The notes under the pieces were generated by a model that saw only the letters and a list, made by a program, of their open reading frames with translations, searched no databases and was not told the DNA's origin. A stretch of DNA of 64,000 nt from Sulfurovum sp. 16-42-52. GTDB lineage: Bacteria > Campylobacterota > Campylobacteria > Campylobacterales > Sulfurovaceae. This document shows positions 1 through 8,435 of this stretch, piece after piece. The stretch lies in NCBI GenBank assembly GCA_002281755.1, contig NCHB01000010.1, positions 6,644-70,643 on the forward strand, given 5' to 3'. The translations under genes were made by a program, and so were the position numbers. Position 1 is the stretch's first letter; the number at the start of each line of letters is the position of its first letter.

Positions 1-506
1 GCTACACGGCTTTGGTTCTCATCATCCTGCCCTACTTGGTGCGAGATGGTGCCATAAGCACTGTCTTTGCTCGTGTCAAAATAGACATCACCGTTACTGA
101 TGCGGTAGGCGAAGTCTTTGTCAAGCAGGGTTTGTATCATGGCTTCTATGGCGTGCAATGACTCCGTAGCTTTGGGTTCGATATCGGCGCGCTGTACGCC
201 CAAAGCATCCATCTCTTCAAGATAACGCGCGATATAAAAAGAGGTGATCTCTTCCATACTTTTGCCGCTTTGCTGGACTTTTTTGATGATCTTGTCGTCG
301 ATATCCGTGAAGTTTTTAGCAAGCGTGACGGTGTAGCCAAGGACTTTGAGAGTACGGGTGAGCAGGTCAAAAGCCAAAGCGCTTCGTGCATGACCCAAAT
401 GGGCATCATCGTACACCGTAGGGCCGCAAACATAGATACTTGCTTTGCCTTTATGGATAGGCTCAAAAGGAAGTTTTGTTTTTTGTACGCTGTCATAAAT
501 CTGCAT
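1..506 (-). CDS. cysS: Cysteine--tRNA ligase, 5' part (runs off the window edge)
   Basis: Not in the ORF track. Manual reverse-complement translation from ATG at 506 gives [43 protein letters not shown], with the CysRS CGPTVY and HLGH (HIGH) motifs. Confidence 0.96.
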   Translation of the reverse strand, partial: MQIYDSVQKTKLPFEPIHKGKASIYVCGPTVYDDAHLGHARSALAFDLLTRTLKVLGYTVTLAKNFTDIDDKIIKKVQQSGKSMEEITSFYIARYLEEMDALGVQRADIEPKATESLHAIEAMIQTLLDKDFAYRISNGDVYFDTSKDSAYGTISHQVGQDDENQSRV

Positions 507-582
507 AAGAGTTAAGAAACCTTTTAGGATGTATAGAGTCTAGATTATTATAGCTAAAAGTCTATTAGAACATTGATATCTG

Positions 583-1989
583 CTAACGTATGAGTGTTAT
601 TAAAAAAGTATTGAGCCAGTAGAGCAGTGCCCAAAAAAGTACCATGCTAAGAAGAAAATAGATCGACTTTTTAGCCCATACTATTTCTACAAATCGGGCT
701 GTTCCCACTTCTTTTACGGTAAATACAAATAGCACCCATCCCCCGATACTGCCTGCCAAAGCGAGTCCTGAAGCTCCTAGAGGATGCATGAATAGCAGTG
801 ACAAAACAACAGAGGTGATGAGTGAATACAAGGCAATCTTGGCAGCTCTAAGATGTCTGTGTGAAGCATACAAAAAAAGAGAAAAGAGTTTTGCCAGTCC
901 AAAAGGAAGCAGCCCGAACAGATACATCTGCAATACACGCACCGTTTCAAGTGTTTGGGTTTGTGTGAACTTTCCTCTTTCAAAAAGTGCCCAGATGATA
1001 GGTTCAGCCAGTATGATACCGCCTATTGTTGCCGCACCCAATAAAAAGGTGAGCAGCCAAAAGGCTTGATTGAGGTTTTGGTAGGCTAGTGTTTCATTGT
1101 GGTTTTTGAGTGCTTTGGAGACAGAAGGAAAAAGCACAGTGGCTGTAGCGATGGCGATGATGGCAAGGGGAAGCTGAAAGAGTCGGTTGGCATAAAAGAG
1201 GTAGGAGACTGAACCTGTAGCCAAAAAGGTCGCCAATATAGTATCGATAAAAGCCGAGACCTGCGGTGTGGAGTTTCCAAGGATGCCGGGTAAAAAGAGG
1301 GTGGAAAACTGTTTTTTTTCTGCCTCTACATCTTTGGTTTTTCGGTATTTGTAACCACCTAAAAGTATCTTGTGTAGATGCAGTCTCTGAAGCGTCACAA
1401 GATGTGCAATGACCTGCAGAACTCCACCGATGAGTACCGCAAAACTGAGTGCATAGGCAACAGTTTTTGGCTCTTCTTTCATGTAAATGTATAGCGCTGC
1501 TATCATGGCGATGTTCAGGAGAGCAGTGGACATGGCAGTCGTCGCAAAATGGTTTTTGTACTGTAAAATAGTCCCCAAAAAAGTGACGATGAAGATGAGG
1601 TCGAGGTACCAAAAGTTGATGGCGGTCAGGGGTGAAGTCTGGGCGATGAGTTCACTGCTCCATCCCCATGCCATGAGTTTGGTGATGGGTTCAGGAAAAA
1701 GCGTGATAAGCAGTGAAAAAGCGGTCAAAAACAACAAAAAACGCAAAAAGATAGCCGTTGCAAACACCCCTTTGTGACTGCTTGCAACAAATGAAGGCAT
1801 AAACGCCTGCGTAAATGCACCCTCAGCAAAGATACGGCGAAAGAGGTTAGGCAGTTTAAACGCAACAAAAAACATATCTGACCACACCGAAGCCCCTAAT
1901 GCCGAAGCCATCAGCACATCCCGACCCAATCCCGTAACACGAGAAAACAAGATACCAAAGCTATTGGTGAAGATGGATTTGAGTTTCAT
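583..1989 (-). CDS. murJ: Lipid II flippase MurJ (MviN)
   Basis: SRVTGLGRD, AFKLPNLFRRIFAEGAF and RLFQLPLA motifs; multi-TM protein. Start moved to MKLKSIF (ATG 1989). Confidence 0.95.
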   Translation of the reverse strand: MKLKSIFTNSFGILFSRVTGLGRDVLMASALGASVWSDMFFVAFKLPNLFRRIFAEGAFTQAFMPSFVASSHKGVFATAIFLRFLLFLTAFSLLITLFPEPITKLMAWGWSSELIAQTSPLTAINFWYLDLIFIVTFLGTILQYKNHFATTAMSTALLNIAMIAALYIYMKEEPKTVAYALSFAVLIGGVLQVIAHLVTLQRLHLHKILLGGYKYRKTKDVEAEKKQFSTLFLPGILGNSTPQVSAFIDTILATFLATGSVSYLFYANRLFQLPLAIIAIATATVLFPSVSKALKNHNETLAYQNLNQAFWLLTFLLGAATIGGIILAEPIIWALFERGKFTQTQTLETVRVLQMYLFGLLPFGLAKLFSLFLYASHRHLRAAKIALYSLITSVVLSLLFMHPLGASGLALAGSIGGWVLFVFTVKEVGTARFVEIVWAKKSIYFLLSMVLFWALLYWLNTFLITLIR

Positions 1990-2155
1990 AGTTAGGGTTC
2001 TCCTTTGTCGCAAGCAAAGCGTGCGACAAATTCCTCTCACTAAAGCATTGCCTTTGGTAAGTAGGTAGTTTGGTGGTAAGTTAGAGGTATTTTAGCGTAA
2101 TGTTGATTTGAGTCATCAGAGGTGTTTGGGATGACCTCTTTACTGCGTCATAACC

Positions 2156-2983
2156 TTATGCTTTCTTGATTTTCCACAATACAGTTCCTACCAGTACTAC
2201 CGTAAATGCAATCATACTTTCAAAAGCATAGAAGGTTCCATTGTTTATGTCCTGAAATGGCAATCCTCCCGTATTCATACCGAAAAAACCGACTGCAAGA
2301 TTGAGGGGAAGAAAGATAACTGAAACAATGGTGAGGATGTATATGCTGCGGTTCATCCGATCACTGGAGCGTAGATTGTAGTAGCGATAGAGATCGTCAA
2401 GTTGATCTTTGGCGGAGATCGTGTTTCGTAGGGAGCGCTCAAGGTGTTCGTTAAGATCATTGAATTCGTTGTGCAATTCGTGATAATTTTTCTTGGCAAT
2501 AAACAATTGAAGTGTGTCAAGTGCCTTGATAATGACACGCTCACTCCGAGAAAGCTCTTTTTTGAGGGTATGCCATCGCTGCATAGGAAGTGTATTGCTG
2601 TCTTTGAAGAAAACCTCTTCCATAAAAGCAATTTTGTCTTGCGCCATGCTCAGATCGTCCATAAGATGGTCAATTTTTTCATTTAAAAAACGATACAAAT
2701 CAGTAAGATTATTGTGAAGTGCTTCAAAAGAGGTCGTTTTTCTGTTGAAATAATAGATGCCATTTTCGTTCAAAACAAAACTGTAAGAGTGATAGCGTCC
2801 TTTGTTTTCCCACGCCTCATTGGTTCGTAGCGAGAGAATATTTGATCGTCCTTCCCATAGTTCTGGAAGTCGAATGATAAGTACTTGATACGCAGTAGCC
2901 GCTTCGTACATCGAGGGATGGATGGGGTTTTTGATGTCTTTGAGGTGCAGTTCGTGAATGGGTATGTTCGGGATTGATGTCAT
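2156..2983 (-). CDS. corA: CorA-family divalent cation (Mg2+/Co2+/Zn2+) transporter
   Basis: C-terminal two TM helices with FLPLNLAVGFFGMN (GMN signature). Confidence 0.85.
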   Translation of the reverse strand: MTSIPNIPIHELHLKDIKNPIHPSMYEAATAYQVLIIRLPELWEGRSNILSLRTNEAWENKGRYHSYSFVLNENGIYYFNRKTTSFEALHNNLTDLYRFLNEKIDHLMDDLSMAQDKIAFMEEVFFKDSNTLPMQRWHTLKKELSRSERVIIKALDTLQLFIAKKNYHELHNEFNDLNEHLERSLRNTISAKDQLDDLYRYYNLRSSDRMNRSIYILTIVSVIFLPLNLAVGFFGMNTGGLPFQDINNGTFYAFESMIAFTVVLVGTVLWKIKKA

Positions 2984-3208
2984 TGTGATTATTTTCCTTG
3001 TTCATTTATCATGCAAATATAAGAAAGAAGACTCTAACACTCACTCTGTCTCTGCTTTTGGCGTTACGGGACATTTCTGTTTCATCTGTTTTTATCTAAA
3101 CAGAGTAACCAAAATCGTATTAAAAATAGCACGCTTTTTTACTGCTTGGTTGAGCTATGAGCACCTTAGGCTCTGTCGTCATCCCCTCACTTTTCTTTTA
3201 AGCTGTTT

Positions 3209-3217
3209 TGATATAAT
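3209..3217 (+). promoter_or_regulatory. Extended -10 promoter (TGaTATAAT) of the RM-like gene
   Basis: TGATATAAT about 20 nt upstream of ATG 3237; typical Campylobacterota sigma70 extended -10. Confidence 0.55.
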
Positions 3218-3236
3218 GACCCCAAAAAGACCCAAT

Positions 3237-5612
3237 ATGACCCTTTATGAGACTCTCCAAAATGCTCGAAGTGAAGAAGACGTAAAAGATGCATATATCA
3301 AAGCACTAGGGCTTAAAAGTTTTACCAAAGGTCTCATCGATATACAAACAGATGAAATTTGGTTTGAAGCTAAGGACACGGGCAAAACTTCTACTTATGC
3401 CATGTTCACCCAACTGCTTCATTATGTTCAGTTTGCTATGGACAAAGGTGAGCAAGTCCCTCCGTTTTTATGTGTCATCGACACTGAAAAAGCCGCACTC
3501 ATGAAAAGCAGTGACATACTTCCCTTTTTAGCGAAAAAAACCATCAAATGGGGAAAATCCGCCAGTAAATTTACCCCTGAAGCACTCGCCGAGGTCTCTA
3601 CACACATCGGAACGCATTTTGTCTCTTTTAAGATTTCTACGCATGAAGAGGAGTTTATCAGCACGGTAAAAACCGCTATAAAATCGGGCGACATTATCCG
3701 TACACCTATCACGCCTGACAACTTAAAACAAGTTTTTGACAAATGGGTCGAGATGATAGGACGCGAAATCAACGGCGTAAACGAAGAGGATTATGCTCTC
3801 CTCTTTTTTGCCGACATCATGCATGATGGGACAGTATCAACGCACGCCAATCTTCCTGCTGAACTGCTCCATAAAAATGATGCACCCGTTTTTAGTTTGG
3901 GCGGCAAACTTTATGAACTTGGCAACAAAGAAGGCTACCGTCAGTTTTGGGCGATTTACCACAAACCGCCCAAAGCGGAGTACCGTGACTACCTTTTAGA
4001 GCGTCGCGACTCTCTCATACCAACCGATGAACGAAGCTTCAAAGGAGCGTATTATACGCCTCTTGCGGTGGTGGACAAAGCCTATGACAAACTCACTGAA
4101 ACACTCGGTAAAAACTGGCAAAAAGAGTACATCGTGTGGGACATGTGCTGCGGTGTCGGTAACCTCGAAGTCAAGCACTCCAACCACCGCAATATCTACA
4201 TGTCCACCCTCGACCAAGCCGATGTAGATGTGATGAGGGCGACCAAAACCTGTGTCGCGGCGACACGGTTTCAGTACGATTATCTCAATGATGACATAAC
4301 CGATGAGGGCAAGATTGACTATAGCCTTACAAACAAAGTGCCGATGGCTTTGCGTAATGCGATAGCCGAGGGTAAGAAGATTTTGGTGTTGATTAATCCG
4401 CCGTATGGAGAGGCTTCAAGTTCTGATAATGCTTCAAGTGGTGGAGGCGAAAGTAAAACTGGGATAGCTACAACACAAATTGCTAAAATGATGTCTGATT
4501 ATGGCTATGCAAAACGAGAATTATTTGCTCAATTTGTAGCACGGATTGCTATTGAAATTCCTAATGCAACTTTAGCGATGTTTAGTAAACTTAAATATGT
4601 AAATGCTTCTAATTTTGAGAAATTTAGAGAACTATGGAACGCAAAATACTTAGGTGGATTTGTCGTTCATAGTAAAGCATTTGACGGATTAAAGGGTGAT
4701 TTTCCAATAGGATTTTTAATTTGGAACACTGCGAAGAAAATTGCAATCACTGAAATATCGACCGAAGTTTTAAATAAAAATGCACAAGAGGTGGGCGAAA
4801 AAACATTTCATAATTTACCCAATAAGTCTTTTTTAAGTGAATGGCTACCTAGACTCAAAACTGATAGTATAAATATTCCTCTTAAAAATGCCATTCATCC
4901 TCAAATGGCAAAAGCAAAAGTGAGTGCTTGGGTTTCTTCTTCAATCGGTTATCTTTGGAGTGCTGGAAATGATTTACAACAAAGCAGTCAACACACCTGT
5001 GCTTTTTCATCTTGTTTTAGTAATGGATGTGGCTATTACATAACCCCTGAAAACCTCTGGCAATCCGCAATTGTTTTTTCCATCCGTCGCCTTATCAAAC
5101 CTACATGGCTCAACGACCGTGACCAGTTTCTACAGCCTACTGAACCATTATCCGACGAATTTAAAAACGACTGCTTAATCTGGATGCTCTTTAATGGCAG
5201 CAACTTAACCGCAAGTGCCGACGACCTCGAATGGAACAACCAAAAATGGTCTATCGTCAACCACTTCATCCCTTTTACGGAGCAAGAAGTCAACGCTCCT
5301 GAACGCTTTGAGAGTGATTTTATGGTGGAGTATTTGAAGGACAAAAAACTTAGCCCCGAAGCCAAAGCGGTCATGAACGAAGGACGCAAACTGTGGCAAG
5401 CCTATTTTTCACAAACCGATGTACGAACCGTGCGAGATGAACTCAAACTCAACCGCAGTGATGTGGGCTGGTATCAAGTCCGTAAAGCACTCGAAGCACG
5501 CAACAAAGAGGGGACGAATATACCCGTAGATTTTAGTGTTTTCAAATCAGCGTATGATGGGCTGGGCGATAAACTTCGTCCGATGGTGTATGAGCTGGGG
5601 TTTTTGCGGTAG
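3237..5612 (+). CDS. Type IIG-like single-chain restriction endonuclease / N6-adenine methyltransferase
   Basis: N-terminal IDIQTDEIWFEAK (PD-(D/E)xK-like), GAYYTP (motif X), WDMCCGVGNL (motif I) and INPPY (motif IV) in gamma-class order. Start moved from 2958 to 3237. Confidence 0.7.
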   Translation: MTLYETLQNARSEEDVKDAYIKALGLKSFTKGLIDIQTDEIWFEAKDTGKTSTYAMFTQLLHYVQFAMDKGEQVPPFLCVIDTEKAALMKSSDILPFLAKKTIKWGKSASKFTPEALAEVSTHIGTHFVSFKISTHEEEFISTVKTAIKSGDIIRTPITPDNLKQVFDKWVEMIGREINGVNEEDYALLFFADIMHDGTVSTHANLPAELLHKNDAPVFSLGGKLYELGNKEGYRQFWAIYHKPPKAEYRDYLLERRDSLIPTDERSFKGAYYTPLAVVDKAYDKLTETLGKNWQKEYIVWDMCCGVGNLEVKHSNHRNIYMSTLDQADVDVMRATKTCVAATRFQYDYLNDDITDEGKIDYSLTNKVPMALRNAIAEGKKILVLINPPYGEASSSDNASSGGGESKTGIATTQIAKMMSDYGYAKRELFAQFVARIAIEIPNATLAMFSKLKYVNASNFEKFRELWNAKYLGGFVVHSKAFDGLKGDFPIGFLIWNTAKKIAITEISTEVLNKNAQEVGEKTFHNLPNKSFLSEWLPRLKTDSINIPLKNAIHPQMAKAKVSAWVSSSIGYLWSAGNDLQQSSQHTCAFSSCFSNGCGYYITPENLWQSAIVFSIRRLIKPTWLNDRDQFLQPTEPLSDEFKNDCLIWMLFNGSNLTASADDLEWNNQKWSIVNHFIPFTEQEVNAPERFESDFMVEYLKDKKLSPEAKAVMNEGRKLWQAYFSQTDVRTVRDELKLNRSDVGWYQVRKALEARNKEGTNIPVDFSVFKSAYDGLGDKLRPMVYELGFLR

Positions 5613-5691
5613 ATTGATTGAAGTAAAATCTTTCTTATCGGGATTTTATTTTGCTATACTCAGGCTTAAAAATATAAAAACAGGAAAAAAT

Positions 5692-6000
5692 ATGTTTGGT
5701 TTACCATTAAGAACAGGCTTTTCGATGAAGGTTGAAGGGGTTTATCTTCAGCGTCCGGACTTGCACAATATCGCAGCAGAATTGGGCATACGCGAACACG
5801 ATATACTCGCAACTAACGGCATCCTGACGGTGTACAATACCTCTGCAACCTGCCAAGAGATAGTCGATGACAATGCTTTGTGTACCTTTGTCGCGATGGT
5901 GCTGGAGATCCCTGTTGAAAACATCAGTGAACTAAAAGCTGTGGTAGAAGAGCCTGTCAAACTGGAGTTTGATTTGAGTGAATTTGAGGATGATGACTAG
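5692..6000 (+). CDS. Acidic hypothetical protein (102 aa)
   Basis: RBS-like AGGA before ATG 5692; TGcTATACT -10 upstream; stop overlaps the next gene start. Confidence 0.7.
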   Translation: MFGLPLRTGFSMKVEGVYLQRPDLHNIAAELGIREHDILATNGILTVYNTSATCQEIVDDNALCTFVAMVLEIPVENISELKAVVEEPVKLEFDLSEFEDDD

Positions 6001-6571
6001 TACAGCTAAGCATTCAAAAAATCTGTTGGCACTCAATAAACCTAAGGGGTATGTGGTCACACGATCTGACGAACTTGGACGAAAAACAGTGTATGATCTT
6101 TTGCCAAAGTGGGTTTTTGATGAGGGATGGATGCCCATAGGGCGGCTAGATCTGGAATCCAAAGGGCTTTTATTGTTTACACCCAACGGCAAGATAGGTG
6201 ATGCATTGACCAGACCGCAAGGGTGCATTAAGGTATATGAAATCTGGGTCAGAGGTCATGTTACAGATGAGCATATACATGCTGCCATGAAAGGTGTGCA
6301 AAGCAAGGGTGAACTTCTGAAAACGATTGGCGTTGAAAAAGTTGCTATGGGTGGTGCTAAAACAAAACTCATAGTCAAGATTGATGAGGGAAAGAATCGG
6401 CATATCCGCCGACTTTTCGGTGCATTGAAGGATCCAAAATTTGGGACACCCCTAAAGGTGTTAGAGTTGAAACGAATGCGTATCGGCTCTTTTAACCTTG
6501 ACCTTGAAAATGGTAAATGGCGTTATCTTTTAGATGAAGAAGAAAAAATGCTCATCACCAATCTTATATAA
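5990..6571 (+). CDS. RsuA/RluE-family rRNA pseudouridine synthase
   Basis: LNKPKGYV, IGRLD (catalytic Asp) and EGKNRHIRR motifs; no S4 domain. Confidence 0.9.
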   Translation: MMTSTAKHSKNLLALNKPKGYVVTRSDELGRKTVYDLLPKWVFDEGWMPIGRLDLESKGLLLFTPNGKIGDALTRPQGCIKVYEIWVRGHVTDEHIHAAMKGVQSKGELLKTIGVEKVAMGGAKTKLIVKIDEGKNRHIRRLFGALKDPKFGTPLKVLELKRMRIGSFNLDLENGKWRYLLDEEEKMLITNLI

Positions 6572-6583
6572 AAAGGGTACAAA

Positions 6584-7102
6584 ATGGGATTTCCAAAAGT
6601 ATATGACAATGTAGTCCTCATAGGTTTTATGGGAAGCGGTAAAAGCAGTGTGGGTAAGATGCTTGCCCGACAGCTCTATAAGGACTTTGCAGATGTGGAC
6701 AGCATCATCGAAGCCAAAGAAAATGCAACGGTGACTGAGATATTTAAGACTAAAGGTGAGGCGTATTTTCGTGCACTTGAGCAACAATGCATCGACGAAC
6801 TGACACAAAAAAAAGGTCAGATTATCGCTACAGGTGGGGGACTTCCGATACATAGTTCTATATCTAAGAAGTCTCTCATCGTGTTTATCAACGCTGATTT
6901 TGATGTCATCTTACAGCGCCTCACCAAACGAGAACGCGATAAACGCCCCTTGCTTCAAGATGAAGCCAGAGCCAGAGCCTTGTATGAACAGCGCATCGAG
7001 ACCTATAGAGAACAGGCAACTTTCATCGTCGATGCAAACCAAAGCATCCCTACATTTATCCATATGATACGCGATTTTATTTTGGATCAGAGGGTTTTGT
7101 AA
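6584..7102 (+). CDS. aroK: Shikimate kinase
   Basis: LIGFMGSGKS P-loop, GEAYFRALE, ATGGG, RPLL. Confidence 0.95.
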   Translation: MGFPKVYDNVVLIGFMGSGKSSVGKMLARQLYKDFADVDSIIEAKENATVTEIFKTKGEAYFRALEQQCIDELTQKKGQIIATGGGLPIHSSISKKSLIVFINADFDVILQRLTKRERDKRPLLQDEARARALYEQRIETYREQATFIVDANQSIPTFIHMIRDFILDQRVL

Positions 7103-7127
7103 TATTATTTAATCAAAAAGGAAGAGT

Positions 7128-7586
7128 ATGACTATCCAAAAAAATGCATTGGTTTCATTGGAGCTTGTTTTGCAAGATGAGCAAGGCAGAGTGATAGAGG
7201 AAAACAATGAAGAGATCATCTACTTACATGGCGGATATGGACATTTGTTCGCGAAACTAGAAGAGGCACTTGAAGGCAAGAGGGTGGGTGATACATTTTC
7301 TGTCTCTTTGAGTCCTTCAGAGGCATTTGGTGAGTTTAATGAAGCGTTGGTTTTTCGCGAACTTTTGAGTGATCTGCCGAGTGACATCTCGGTGGGTATG
7401 GAGCTTGACAGCGATGAAGATGACATCATCTACCATGTGCTAGAAATAGATGAAACACATGCACTCATCGACGGTAACCATACTTATGCGGGAGTGCCTT
7501 TGGTGGCAGAGGGGGTTGTTTTGGAGATAGAGTATGCCAGTGATGAGGTCATAGAAGAGATTTTGAAAGAACATCATCATCATTGA
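7128..7586 (+). CDS. slyD: FKBP-type peptidyl-prolyl isomerase, SlyD-like
   Basis: YLHGGYGHLFAKLEEALEGK, SPSEAFG and DGNHTYAG motifs; His-rich tail HHHH. Confidence 0.85.
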   Translation: MTIQKNALVSLELVLQDEQGRVIEENNEEIIYLHGGYGHLFAKLEEALEGKRVGDTFSVSLSPSEAFGEFNEALVFRELLSDLPSDISVGMELDSDEDDIIYHVLEIDETHALIDGNHTYAGVPLVAEGVVLEIEYASDEVIEEILKEHHHH

Positions 7587-7655
7587 TGCACTACCTAAAA
7601 GAATTCTACTACATACCACGAAAACATAAAAGCCGATACCTTGTCAAAATGAATG

Positions 7656-7680
7656 ATACATGCCATAAGATGGCATGTAT
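7656..7680. terminator. Hairpin between convergent slyD and tetR
   Basis: Perfect 10-bp inverted repeat ATACATGCCA-taaga-TGGCATGTAT. Confidence 0.55.
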
Positions 7681-7713
7681 ATCAGCATCTCCATCACTCT
7701 CTATAAATAGATC

Positions 7714-8313
7714 CTAAACCCGAACACCGTGAAGAAACATCTCTATGGTTTCATCGACAATCCGTTCTGCTTGACATTCACCGTATAGATAGCTTTCGAT
7801 AAACCCATCGGAAAGTTTTTTGAAAAGGATTGCCAGATGTCTATGGTTCGTATTTTCGACAAGAATAAGCATACGAAGCTGTCGAACCAGATATTGATGA
7901 ATTTCATCCACCACACTATGGTTTGATACATCTAATTTGTGGAAAAAATAGGGATCATTGGTGATCGGCTCATGACGATGATGTTCGATTTGGATGAAGT
8001 TTGCATATTTGTGCGTCAGATAAATTTTGAGGTTTTCGAGCGGATCACTGCCTTCATGTTCTTTGAGATTGGCAAGAAATGTTTCCAGCTTCAAGATAAG
8101 ATATTCGACATAAAGTTCTTCTTTTGAACCAAACAAATTGTAAATGGTTCCAACCGATGTTTCGAGTTCTTTTGCTAAATCAGATATTTTAAAATGCTTA
8201 TACCCCGTCTCGTCAAAATACCGGGCAGCCGCGCTCAGATAGAGCTCTTTTTTGACACGATTCAACTCTTCATTGATAACTTGCTTCAAATATTTTCCTG
8301 CTTTTTTTATCAA
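7714..8313 (-). CDS. TetR/AcrR-family transcriptional regulator
   Basis: N-terminal HTH ISDLAKELETSVGTIYNLFGSKEELY. Confidence 0.9.
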   Translation of the reverse strand: MIKKAGKYLKQVINEELNRVKKELYLSAAARYFDETGYKHFKISDLAKELETSVGTIYNLFGSKEELYVEYLILKLETFLANLKEHEGSDPLENLKIYLTHKYANFIQIEHHRHEPITNDPYFFHKLDVSNHSVVDEIHQYLVRQLRMLILVENTNHRHLAILFKKLSDGFIESYLYGECQAERIVDETIEMFLHGVRV

Positions 8314-8435
8314 ATCATATCGGAATTATATTCCATTTTCAATTAAAAATAACAATATTTATTATTTTGAACTTAATTCAATATTAAGAATACTTTACTA
8401 CAATTGCGAAATAATTAAAAAAATAGATGTAAAGG

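Noticed and set aside
146-515. ORF-track entries 146..496 (-) and 270..515 (+)
   Set aside because: They are shadows of cysS, which is in another minus-strand frame and has clear motifs.
2112-2139. Alternative hairpins GTCATC/GATGAC and AGAGGT/ACCTCT after corA
   Set aside because: The stems are only 6 bp and are best explained as a simple terminator region; there is no support for a switch.
2958-3236. N-terminal extension of the 884-aa ORF
   Set aside because: It overlaps the divergent corA start and lies upstream of a good extended -10; it has no conserved-looking content. Start placed at 3237.
6807-6814. Poly-A run in aroK and other homopolymers as phase-variation sites
   Set aside because: These are A/T runs in an AT-rich genome with intact frames; I saw no long poly-G/C tracts of the Campylobacter contingency type.
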